Source: Penicillus capitatus (taxonomy: Eukaryota > Plantae > Chlorophyta). Taken from it: DNA of 64,000 bases. Below are positions 42,024 to 53,510 of this stretch, in pieces; within the stretch, counting starts at the first letter, position 1; the number at the start of each line of letters is the position of its first letter. The stretch lies in assembly GCA_965649825.1 (NCBI GenBank), contig OZ287694.1, forward strand, positions 743,197-807,196, read 5' to 3'. A program made the translations under genes and the position numbers. The notes beneath the pieces were generated by a model. It did not search any database and was not told the origin of the DNA. It worked only from the letters and a program-made list of their open reading frames with translations.

Positions 42024-43242
42024 ATGGTTTTTGTACCTGAACGTGTCGTCCTTCATCCTTTGGTCCTCCTCAGTGTCGTCGATCATTACAATCGAGTGGC
42101 AAAAGAGACATCGAAACGCGTCGTCGGGGTGTTGCTCGGCAGTGCCCGACGTGGCGTCATCGATGTGGCAAACAGTTTTGCAGGTATGCTCGAAAAGCGT
42201 GGCATGTTTTCGATAGAATGCATTCGATGTCTCCTGGCAGTGCCGTTTGAAGAGGATCTCAATGACCCGTCCATTTGGTTCTTGGACCACAGTTACTTGG
42301 AGAATATTTTCGCGATGTTTCGCAAAGTGAATGCCAGGGAGAAAATCGTGGGATGGTATAGCACAGGTGGAGTACCCCATACGGTGTCCATAAGATACAG
42401 GAGGACATGTTATAGGGCCACGTATTCGCGAGGCAGATTTGGAGATCAATGAATTGATGTCGCGTTTCTGTGACGATCCGATTCTGGTGATCTGCGAAGT
42501 GCAGCCGAAGAGTCTCGGTCTGCCCATTACCTCCTATTTCTCCAAAGAGGAGGTCAAGGAGGTCGACAAAGCTCAGGCATCGAACATATCGTTGTTGGAT
42601 GTCTGTGATGTGACAGGATGGAATGGAGAAGACGAAGAAGGTCTTTGTCAATGTGCCGACCGAAGTGGGTCAAACGGAGGCGGAAGAGATCGGCGTGGAG
42701 CATCTCTTGCGAAATGTTAGGGATGCCAGTATCAGCACACTCACCACCGAGATCGGCGGCAGAATTCAAGGCATGTCACTCTTGCCGACAGAAAAGTGTG
42801 AGATGTGTGAGAACTGCTATAACGGATAGGGATTCGTGGGTTGAATTCGAGACTGAACGATATCAAAGAGTACATCGAGTTGGTCCTGAACGGCTCGATT
42901 CCTGCCAATCACGAGATCATGAATAATCTCCAAGTCATCTTCAGTCTGCTGCCCAATATGAATGTGGATACACTCGCCCGAGCTCTTTCCGGTAAGGAAA
43001 TGATCATTTCGCACTCGTGTGCGAATGTACGGTGCGTAGTTAAGACGAATGACATGATGCTGGGCATGTACATGTCATCGATGATTCGCTGCGTCATTGC
43101 ACTGCACAATCTCATCGATAACAAAGAGATTCGCTACGGGAGAAGAAAAGAGGCGGCGATCGCCGAGGCGGAGGCCACAGAGAAAGCGGATGTGACAGCA
43201 ACGGAGAATGAGAATAGTGGCAGTGGCGGAATGCCAGAGTAG
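42024..43242 (+). CDS. RPN8: 26S proteasome lid subunit RPN8/PSMD7
   Basis: [17 protein letters not shown]...RVVGVLLG...DVANSFAVPFEED...WFLDHSYLE...VGWYSTG...[16 protein letters not shown]...[16 protein letters not shown]...[26 protein letters not shown]. Confidence 0.96.
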
Positions 43243-43353
43243 AGAAGGAACTTCTGTGCTGTTTTGCAGCTGTGTGCATTCTTTACGTTACGGTCTGTCT
43301 GCCAGCTACATCAGAGAGTCCTTCTCTATGCCGTACACATTTCTTGTCAGAAG

Positions 43354-44839
43354 CTAGATTGGCAACAGCGTTCTTCTCGTTGGCTTGGTATCTGTGATAA
43401 GACTTGCAGAAAGGTGTTCCAGCGAAGGTGTGGCTCGGAACTGTCCTTTCGGTATTGGCTTGTCATCGTGCGATCCGTTCTTCGGCGGTTTCTTATCTCC
43501 AAAGGTGAAGAACTGATGCATCGAGATCAAAACGATCAAAACGCCAATCAAGAAATTCAGAGACAGGTGATGGCCAAAGAGCACCGCCTGCAATGCACAG
43601 CGAGAGAATGTCACACATCTGCGAACAAACATACCGACATCGTAGCAGTGAAGAGCGTCGCCAGCGCAGATGAATATTTCTTCAAGATCGTATCAGCAAA
43701 CTGAACACAGAGAAACACTCAATCGCACATCGTGCATCCATACAGGCCGTGGCGGCGGTGGCGGCGGCGTGGCGGCGTACTTTGAAGAAGAAGGAAGATA
43801 AAATGCCTTGAATGGCGTTGTTAGCAATCAAAAGGACAGTGATGGTGTTATGTCCCACAAACAGCGCATCAAATCGTTCTTCGCAACACACAAGCTTCAG
43901 CCAGTGATGCAAACGAACAGCCAACGTACCTCCTTTGAGATAAGTCACGATGACGAGGCCTGCTGCGTTGAACATCATGCCATAGAAGTAAAGGAAGAAA
44001 TTCTGTTCGTGGACGCTGGTCTCCATATGCTTCTTCAGCGCAAACTCGTTGTAGACGGAAGCGGCGGCAGGAATGGTCACCTGAAAGCGAGCTCAGCATC
44101 AAACAGAACGGCTAATGCGAAAACAGCACCGAGAACAGCGTGTAGACCATGGCGATGATGGTAAACGGCTCATCCGCAGCGGAGCCTTTACAAGCTGGCA
44201 GCTGGTTGATGCTGATCCCACAGACCAAGAGAACCAAAGCCTCCCATTGGACGAACGAAAATCTCCGGCCCAAAACCGAACGCATCAGCAAAGCAATCGT
44301 AAAGATCTAGACCACATTGCCGCATCACGCACAGGCAGCGTCCCGAGCACAGACCTTGAGATTTCCCAGCATCTTGGTTGTCGTCGGTTTAAAGTACAGC
44401 TGCATGAGAAATTTCAAGTAATTGTTGATGGCATAGAGACCGGCCGGAACCATCAGGAGTCGATTATGATACGCCTGTTGACCAAAAGACGTCACCGATC
44501 GATAGAGCGGCGACTCTCCGTTCTGAGTGCCCTGCAGAGCACAGCCACATCTGATGCATCGCACTGCCGTCCATGACTCTCTTACCACACTCATCAGCGT
44601 ACAGATGGCGAAGAGGACTTTGAACACCTCGGTTATCAGGTTAACACTGACAGGATTGTACGAGAATTTCCCGTTGGCATCCTTGGACATGTGCACGAGG
44701 ATAGGTTGCATGCCTAAGGGGTGTTTCGAGCTGACAAGCGCGTGGACAGAGTGTGGTGTGTACCGACGAAGAGGCAGTCGAGGGCAACGAGCGTGATACG
44801 TAGGGTGCGCAAGTTTTCGCTGTGCGTTTTGCTCGACAT
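43354..44839 (-). CDS. Nucleotide-sugar transporter (SLC35A / CMP-sialic acid transporter-like)
   Basis: VALDCLFVGMQPILVHMSK...NPVSVNLITEVFK, VPAGLYAINNYLKF...LGNLKV, ASVYNEFALK, QNFFLYFYGMMFN, NNAIQGILSSFFFK. Confidence 0.9.
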
Positions 44840-45272
44840 GGTAACTAACGTCGCGAGCTGGAGGAAAGCGTCTCAATGCCGTTCGTCCTTCGAGAATGGA
44901 ACGGTATGGAGTTGAACCGAGCTAAAATGCGAATCGATGAAAAAATGATCATCCAAAGAGAAACGCCCTTGAGGCGATGCTTTTCGCATTTAATCCACCA
45001 TCCCGCGTTATTGGCCGCCAGCTAACCGTCTCCCCGTGCGTGCGTTCGCGGCCCATCTCGATCCGTCCCATCATTGCCTGGGAAGGGAACCAGCGCGTTG
45101 CTGTTGAGCAGACAGGCTTTGCCACTGTTGTTCCTCGACGAATGACCTGAACGACGTAGCGCGAATCCGTGACCTTTCTGAAACGCCCTCCACTGTCAAG
45201 TCTTTTCTTCCGTCTCCTTTTCAAGCGTGTCTTGTTCTTCCTCGTCATTCCTCAGAGCGCCACTCCCTTTCT

Positions 45273-48200
45273 ATGTCGAAGCGCCCTGTCTCATGGCGTG
45301 AATGGCTGGGTTTCAGCCGTCCCGTTGAGCGTTTTTCGCTGGAAGAGCTGGAACGTCTGCACAACGAACTCGTTCGGCAGACCACAATTCACAAAACGCG
45401 TCGAGGCCGCTTGGATGCTTCAGCCACATCCTATCATCGTCTGTCCTCATCTTCTGTCAATGGCAACACCGAAACCTTCATCGAAACGCTCCGATCGATC
45501 GCCGAGCTCATGATATGGGGCGACCAGCACGAACCGAGATTTTTTGATTTCTTCTTGGAGAAGAACGTGCTGTTTGAATTCTACGAAATCCTGTCGTCTT
45601 CGGAGAATCGAACCGGCGAGATTGCGACGCAGGCAAGCTGAGCTGTCACATCACAGCGCGTTTCTGTCTGATGTGATGACGGGCGTCGTGCCTGAAGGTG
45701 TTGCAAACGCTGAGCATTATGATCTTGAATATCAAGCGCGACACGTCCATCTTTTATCTCTTCAGCAACAATCATTTAAACAACATTCTTCAGCTGGATT
45801 TCGACTTCTCCGATGAGGAAGTCCTCGCTTTTTATATTTCGTTTCTGAAATCCATCAGTTTGAAGCTCACGCCACGGACGATTCATTTCTTCTTTCAGAA
45901 ATCGGAGGACGGCGTCGGATCGAGTTTCCCGCTGTACACAGAGGCGATTCGGTTTGTGGGAAATCGAGAAGGCATGGTCCGCGCCGCCGTGAGCTGTCAC
46001 ATCAACATCACATTTCCCAAACGACCGATCTGGCGATCTAGGTTCGGACGTTGACGCTGAACGTCTACAGTGTCGAGGATCCAGACATTCAGGAATTTGT
46101 CGTGAGCAAACCAGCCAGCAATTACTTCACCGAACTGGCACTGTACGCCGCCGAACAATGTCAAGTAACATCGACCGATCGATCCAGCTGCTGCGATCCG
46201 ATGGTACTCCATCCAGGCTTTGGATCGATTGTTACTGGAAGCTGAAAACACCGTTGCTGATAGTTATGGCGCATTAGATTCCCAAATGAACAGGATCGAA
46301 GATCTGTTATCGTACTTCAACGACATCTATCTCACAGGCACCGCCACGCATCGCAGTGATCTGCGCGTTATCGCACGCGTGGCGTCTGCTTAGGATCGGA
46401 AGTCTTGTGTTCTCGACTCTCTGGATGTTTGTGGGAGTACTTTGTGGGACCTGCTCTTCTCTGGCCACTTCTCGAAGTTGGAGCACGACCCTGTAGCGTT
46501 GTCGATAGGCTTTTCGTTTTCTGATGCGCTGACGTGTGTGTAGGTCTGAGTTCTGCCTACGGTATTTCCCGGACTGGCGTCTTTCGTGCCGTTTCTTCTC
46601 TCTGTGTTATCGAACGTCTCATCGCCATTCTGGAAAGGCCGATTCTCTGCGAAGCGATTGCCTGTTGCTTACTGGCTGGCGAAAGTATGAAAACAGATGA
46701 ATGGGGAGGAGTCGGGGAGATCTGGGAATGTAGGTTGCTTTTCAGAAGTGTGTGAGAAAGCCACGAACAGGTCCTCTGTCCTGAGACCGACTGCCCCGTT
46801 TCATTCCCTAGCGACCCCCGATGTCTCAGAAGAAAGTGCCGGAGGCAGTAGCAGCAGCACACAGGACTTACAGACACGTCATCAAGCAGCCGTACAAAGT
46901 AAAGCCGCCAAAGCACATGACGACCACATCTCGGGTGGGGACATTAGGGACGACGCGTGAAGCAAACTCCATTAAGAGCTTGTTTGTCAAGTATCGCGAG
47001 TCCTTCCTGCGTTGCCTATCGGGAGACAGCACTCAGATTGGCACAGCTGCCGTGCGCGTCTTGGTAATGGAGAAGGCGATGTCTACGTGGAAGGCAGTAC
47101 TGTTGATCTAGGTTTCATTGATGTTGCACCCGAGCATGAATCCAGATGTTTTGGACATTTGTGGTATTCTTCCTGTCCGTTCCCGCATTCGACGAAGTTT
47201 ACTCCATGAACTGACAGGCTTGACTTACAAGGAGATGCCGAAACGCATCCATCGTTCGGTTCTAGGCGGAGAGGATGGGGAAGAGTCTTCTTCGATCACA
47301 CATCCTTCTTCTAGAAGTTCCAACCAAAGTCAAGACGAACCGCAATCGACCACCACCCATCGACGCATGCCCAGCAACCCCATTCGTTTCCTTCGCACAC
47401 TGAGTCACAGAAACCAGCTTAAGAAGGAAACCCGTCCACCTGCAGGTCTCACTCTTTTGACAGAAATCCGATTAAGAGTGACCGATACTGTGTCAGAGGA
47501 GATTGAGGAAATGGCGGCGGTCGATGAAGCGCCGCCAGCTCCGTCGCCGCCATCACCTCCAAAAGAACCAAAGAGTAAGGAGGCGTTCGATCACGCTTGA
47601 GAGGACACAGATGTTGTGCAGGTGGAGAATTGATGAAGGCATTGATTCAGTTGACGTTGCTGCCGACGTTGCCTCCAATAGCGATCTCCTATATCACATG
47701 GATCATTTCGAAACTCACAACGACGCCGTCGAATCGCAGTCCTTCACAAGTGCCCCGCCACCTGCGTTCCTCAGAGATAGATGCATCGATGGAAGTGTCG
47801 TCCTAGATGGATCTGGAATCTGTATGGACCATCAGCGTCATCGCTGAGCACTGTTTGGAATCGGTGAGCACTGCACTGGTCGTCTGTCAGTCCTCGGTGG
47901 CGGATGAGCTCAGAGGAGTCTGGTGCGATGCCCTCCTGTTCCTCATTCAGCAGCAATGGTCCGAATCGCGTCAAGTAGAGCCTCGTCGAGCACAAGGTCC
48001 ACATCGCAAAGCCCGTTCGTTGCCTTTAGCATGCCGTGGAGCCACGTCTCGTCTGCACCAGCACTTCTCTGCTCGATTCTGTCTTTTCACAGAAAGCGAG
48101 CGAGTTGGGGTCTGCTCTCTACAACGATCGGGGTACGTGTCTGCGGTGTCCTGCTGTCGGTGTGTTATGGAGTATGGTCGATGGTGTCAGGTTCCGTGAC

Positions 48201-49104
48201 ATCGCAGCAGTTGGCCGTGCGTTTGCAATTGGGCTTTTCAGCGCAGTGCGCTTTACATGTCTTTTTCAAAATCAAGCGACTCATTGCACTCTCTCAACTG
48301 AAACAGGTGGTGCCTGTCGCTTCTCCTCGAGGCTTTTGGCCTTGACTGAAATGTGGCCAGTATCTATTGAATGGAAAGATTCTCGAAGGAGATGGTCTGC
48401 CACGCGTCTCGCTCACCGAAGTGAAGAAAGCGGAATTGAAGGAGGGCATGACAATGAACTTAGCCACAACCACCGTCATCCCTTGCACCGTTGCTTTTGT
48501 CCAAGGTAAACAACCCCGACCCCAACCACCTTTAACCGTAGGACACATGTGCCGCACGTTCAGGTCAAGAGACCAATGCCTATTACTGTTTACAAGGACT
48601 GCCGAACTGTTTGTTGACTGGAAACGAAAATCGAGTACTGGAGGGACAGAATGGCACGACAGAAGTGGCACATAGCGTTCCTTTTGTTGTGTTGGCCCGT
48701 CCCCACACCAATCGAATCAGCATGGGTGCGCCACACATGATCCTATTGATCTGCCTCTCCACGCTTGTGCCTCAGGGACGATCATTTCCGTTTCTCCCCT
48801 GTTGGGAAGCGAACCGAGGATCGATGCACAGCATGAGAATTGGTTGCACGTGCGGGTGCGCCCCATAACGAGTCGTTTTATGGAGGCCAGTAACAAGGCT
48901 AGTCATTGGAATCAGCCACCGTGGGCCAGTTTCCGGACGCTCTGTGATGGTCATTGGGTCCTGGCCTTTCAGAATCCAGGCGAAGCGCTCCGTGCGAAAT
49001 ATCTCACGCAGGAATGCATTGCAAAACTCACCAGTCTGTACAGCAATGTCGTGTCACCCTTATTAGCAAACGAGACAAATCCGTGCAATGGCCATCGGAC
49101 TTGA
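45273..49104 (+). CDS. CLEC16A/TT9(GFS9)-like protein (FPL domain)
   Basis: IETLRSIAELMIWGDQHEPRFFDFFLEKN, QVLQTLSIMILNI...SNNHLNNI...DEEVLAFYISFLKSISLKL, FPLYTEAIRF...EGMVRAAVRTLTLNVY. C-terminal PRIDAQHENWLHVRVRP...DGHWVLAF. Confidence 0.88.
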
Positions 49105-49189
49105 GAATCTATTTCGTACAGGGTGTTCAATTCTTCTAGATTTGACAGAGAGTTTCCCTGACGTATTTGGATGAAGCTGTTGTGTGTAG

Positions 49190-50000
49190 TCATAGTACAA
49201 TGTACGACTGATTGTCCAGATGTGTGAAATGCAGAGCATTGTCCGATCGACTGGCGGCGGAAATAAAAACGGCGGCGCGTGAGACGTCAAGAGGAACGCG
49301 AGAACGGAAACTGTGTCTTTTGGATGTGCAAATCCCGTCGCCGTTGACGCGATAGCCACACACGTCGCTCCGCAACAAACGTCACATCATCGAGCTGCTG
49401 ATCGTGTGGACACAGGTACATCGACGAAGGCGGCCGCGAGACAGGAGATGACGCTCTCCGAGTTACGAGCCGAAACCTGGTATCGATGGTGCCTTGTGAT
49501 AAACGTGATGCCATCTGCCTCGCTCATGTGATCATTGTGGTTAGCTCATTCCATTCAGAGTCCCATAGAGACAGACGACACACAAAAGAGTGACAACAGT
49601 GTGAGATCGTCACAGATTAGACGGCCGCGGATTTGTGGCTTGCGATCGATATGGTTGGATCGAGAATGGCTGAGAGATGTGAGAAGAAACGTCCAGTGGG
49701 GGTTCCCTTGCTGATATCCAGCTATATCTGGGCACAGTGAATGCTGTCCATCCCACACAGTGCCGAACGCAGGACGCGTTTATCGGCATCGTAGATCGGC
49801 ATCCAGAGGTTCTCTCTGTTAACTCTCTCCATTCAGGTTTCCTCCAGAAGATGCGCCATGAACAACTTCTGCCCACCCTATGGCTCGACAAAGCGCACAT
49901 CCATCAAATCCTTTTGATCCGGCATACCATCGAAGATGTTTGACAGAATTTCTGCGACCGCTCTATCTCAAAGACGTGCCAGTCACGATGGAAGATCGTC
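49190..50000 (-). CDS. Hypothetical protein, possibly F-box-like at the N-terminus
   Basis: AEILSNIFDGMPDQKDLMD...ENLWMPIY resembles an F-box helix. Downstream protein-like exons extend to 49190. Exon phases could not be fully reconciled. Confidence 0.3.
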
Positions 50001-50060
50001 GGAGAGAAGAGCAGTTAAGTATCGCCTCCCTGAGTCTCTCGCCTTTGCGGCACGACGGAG

Positions 50061-51263
50061 TCACGTTTGTGCGTCATCCTGATAAGAAGAAAGTGTGTCC
50101 AGTCGTTCGAGTGGTCTCATGTCTAACGGCTCTTCCTTGAATCCCGTCATCTCGTCGATCATTATCCTTTCCCGTTCCCGTTCGCTCATTTCGAGGCGGC
50201 CATGCGTATTCTGCAGCCATTGCTTGAACTCCCAGTCCGTCGTATGAAAGAGGACAAACAGCGAATGGCGTTCGTGATCGAATCCGAGCCGCTCCATCAG
50301 TTCCACTCGTGGAATCATGTGATCCTTAACAGACATCCCCAGCAGCGACGGAAAATGATAGAGATCCGTCAGCTTCCGCTTCAGTCGGTCTCGCACGAAC
50401 AGCAACTGATGCCGAATCGTCGAAGGTGGCCATGAGAGCACATGTGGCACTCTTCTCAGAATTCGAGCCGCCAAATGCTGATCCCCCTCGAGCAGCTCAA
50501 GCATCGCTTCATAGCTATGGAACAGGATATCTGATTTTGTCTCGAACAGGACCAGCCCTCTCAGGCAGATATAGTGCACGGTGCGATGATCCGAGTGCGT
50601 GACCTCCTGAATCCAGCGTACCCGAAATCGAATGCTTTTCTCTAGTGAGGTGCCCAAGACACCAGGAAAGAATCTGAGATGATGAAGAAAAGCATCTCTC
50701 GGCGTTTTGAGGACGTCCAAGAAGTAAGAGACGATCGGTCGAATGCGTTCTTCGATGGAGAGACTCAACAGACGTGGATACTTCTCCACCATCGAGGCAA
50801 ACCGTTCGAGCGGCATGTCGAGTTCTCGGATGAAGTAATGCGCACATGGGACGATCGTTTTCTCCAGATGCAGCGAAGCCACACGCGGATCTTTGGCACA
50901 GAGATTGGCAATGCCGAGCTTTGGCAGACGGAGGGTCTGATGGAAATAGACCAGAAAAGCCTGAATCCTTCGATGATCCGATCGCAATGTCCACGGCGCA
51001 TGTCGGAGCACTTGAACGAGGTGCTTGTCTTTGAAGCCAAACCACCGAAGATACTCCACATTCTCACGCACTTTGTCAAAGCTGAGGTCACACATCGATG
51101 CATATGGAGGAATGATGGATGAAAAGTGTGAGAACGCACTCGGTTCGCAGAAAACTCCCGTCGCGGTGGACCGCCTGAAGGAGATCGTTTGGATAGAAGC
51201 CGAAGACAATGTAATCGGCGACTTTGGCCAAGAGATGTCGACGAAGGCCAGGCTGGACGCCAT
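50061..51263 (-). CDS. mTERF-family organellar protein
   Basis: Repeated mTERF units (VEKYPRLLSLSIEERIRPIVSYF, FPGVLGTSLEKSIRFRV, FPSLLGMSVKDHMIPRVE). Confidence 0.88.
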   Translation of the reverse strand: MASSLAFVDISWPKSPITLSSASIQTISFRRSTATGVFCEPSAFSHFSSIIPPYASMCDLSFDKVRENVEYLRWFGFKDKHLVQVLRHAPWTLRSDHRRIQAFLVYFHQTLRLPKLGIANLCAKDPRVASLHLEKTIVPCAHYFIRELDMPLERFASMVEKYPRLLSLSIEERIRPIVSYFLDVLKTPRDAFLHHLRFFPGVLGTSLEKSIRFRVRWIQEVTHSDHRTVHYICLRGLVLFETKSDILFHSYEAMLELLEGDQHLAARILRRVPHVLSWPPSTIRHQLLFVRDRLKRKLTDLYHFPSLLGMSVKDHMIPRVELMERLGFDHERHSLFVLFHTTDWEFKQWLQNTHGRLEMSERERERIMIDEMTGFKEEPLDMRPLERLDTLSSYQDDAQT

Positions 51264-51412
51264 TATGTTGCTCGTGTGCGAGAACGACGTTGCGCAAAGC
51301 GTTCGGCGCCAGGCCGAATCCGTCACGTAATGGATGCGCTTCGGTCGTCGCAGAAACAGAGAATCGGCGAAGCACCGCCGAGGAGGCTCCCCTTCGTAGA
51401 GCCGCTGCCATC

Positions 51413-52275
51413 ATGGCGGTCGCGACAACCGTCGTGCTTCGGGTCATGGATGCGATTCCCTCTTCGACGGACGCCTATGCGCACGTGGCGTATTGGGAGC
51501 GGCGATTTGAGGAGGAACAGGGGCATGAATGGTTTGGAGGCTACGCTCAATTTCGCCACCTCGTCCAACCGCACATCGCACCCGAAGCTCGGATTCTGAT
51601 TCTGGGCAATGGAACCTCCTCTCTACCGTACGATCTCCAACAGGATGGCTATCATCGCATCACTGCAACAGACATCTGCCCCAACGTCGTGCACAAGATG
51701 CAGCGTCGGTATCGGCGACCTCTATCCCTCTCCATCACATGACATCGCATGCTAGGCATGCATCGGTGGTCTTTGAAGTGGCAGACATGTGTGCGCTGCC
51801 TTATGAAGATGGCAGATTTGACGTGGTGATAGAGAAGGGCACATTGGATGTGCTTTTCACCGAGGCGCCGAGTCTGTGGCAGCCACCTGCTGCTGTCTGC
51901 GAACGGATGGACACGGCATGCAACGAGATTCGTCGTGTGCTATCGCCGACGGGGCGCCTCTTCTCGATCACCTTCACCCAACCGCATTTCCGCCGACCAT
52001 TCTTCCACCGTAACGACGCCCCTCCCATCCGCTCTGCCTTTGAGTAGATGTCCTTCAAAGGCGGCGGCTGGTCCTGTCATGTGGATACCTTTGGCGACAA
52101 GGGTTGTCTCGAGTACTTTGTCTATCGTCTGCACAAGATGGCAGATTCCGTACCGCAACGATCATCGAGTCCGTCCCGTTTAGACACGCAGGCATGGACG
52201 ATGGAACAAGATCCGATGCACACGCATTTAGACGAAGAGAGCTTTTTGTTTTCGATGGAAGATCTTTGGCAGTAA
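51413..52275 (+). CDS. EEF1AKMT4/ECE2-like SAM-dependent methyltransferase
   Basis: YWERRF...HEWFGGY, RILILGNGTSSLP...TATDI, VADMCALPYEDGRFDVVIEKGTLDVL, RVLSPTGRLFSITFTQPHFRRPFF. Confidence 0.88.
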
Positions 52276-52489
52276 GTTGTAGATTCTTTGAGACAGGGAG
52301 GTTTCATAGCATCCTCTCTAAATCTCACAATCAGCAGAGCAGATAAAGTCAATCAACCCAATCATCGTTTCCATCAAAAGCAGCAAGCACCACTTTATGA
52401 CCGCAATCAATTGAATGAATAGCCATACAGCTGCTCAAGTAGAGCACAGCGATTGTCTATTTTCAACATAGAGAGGGGATGGCAACATC

Positions 52490-52915
52490 TCAGGCCTCGT
52501 GTCCCTCATCTTGCATTCGATTGGGATTGTTCTTCATCAGATACGACGCCAAGAACTCGACAGGGTCTTCAGGACGTTCCCTCACCTATATGATCACACT
52601 CTCACTCTTTTTGAGGATAGCTCACGCAGTGCGGACCACAGTGAGGAGACCCTTCATCAAAATGGGTACGACAGTTGATTCCAAGTACTGTCTCACAGAC
52701 ATTGCATGGGTATTGATCTTTGTTTCTGGACTAACAGTGGTGGCTTTCTGCAGCGATTTCATAGCGCTCATGAGATCAGGAGGGTCATATTCCGGCGGTT
52801 TCGGTGTCGAAGGCTGCGGCAGTCTGGGCAGTCTGGACTTGGGACGTTCAAAGGGCACGCCCGCTTCCACGCCACCCGAGGCATCAGGAATCATGTCTGG
52901 ATTGACGTCACTCAT
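52490..52915 (-). CDS. Dpy-30 motif protein
   Basis: SVRQYLESTVVPILMKGLLTV|VRERPEDPVEFLASYLMKNN after removing intron 52586-52636. Confidence 0.88.
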
Positions 52916-53238
52916 CTAAGCAAACCCAAAGTGTTGTCTCGTCCGTCAACGACGCGCAGCGCAACGCAGCGCAACGCTTAGGGCTTTTGATGGTCCCAAA
53001 GGACAGCGGGAGACGTGCAGATAATGTGGACAACGTGAGTGTACCTTTTTCTGTTCGACGCCGAGGATGGCAATGCCGATGGACGGTCAGAGGAAAAACG
53101 AGACCAGAAGAGAGCGTGAATGGCAAGATGCAAATGTGCTTCCATTAAAACGACGACGGGTGTAGGAATACACCTTGAACGTACAAACCATCAGCTGCGC
53201 TCCCTAGCCAGGCGTCTCCATCCGCCGACACAAGGTAT

Positions 53239-53510
53239 TCAGGATGGGTCCGCCTCTTCTTGCTTGGCGGGAGAGGGCGTTGAGGGGGACGTGATGGGAC
53301 TATGGGTCGTGGAAGAGGACGAACGCAGTTTGGCGATCTTGAGCGATGCGTTGTTGTGGAGTATCTGACCCACACGAAGCTCTCGAGGAGAGACGCCAGG
53401 GAAATCTCTCTCTGCCAGGACGCGCAGTTTGAAAAGCGTCTTGAGCAACGTCTTCTGCGCGGCGGCGCGATTTCCGTGGCGCATAAGCAATCGCGTCATC
53501 TTTTCGAGCA
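53239..53510 (-). CDS. uS7-like ribosomal protein fragment or hypothetical protein; further exons probably extend to ~54150
   Basis: MLEKMTRLLMRHGNRAAAQKTLLKTLFKL resembles the uS7 N-terminal helices. The C-terminal uS7 motifs are not clearly present. Confidence 0.4.
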
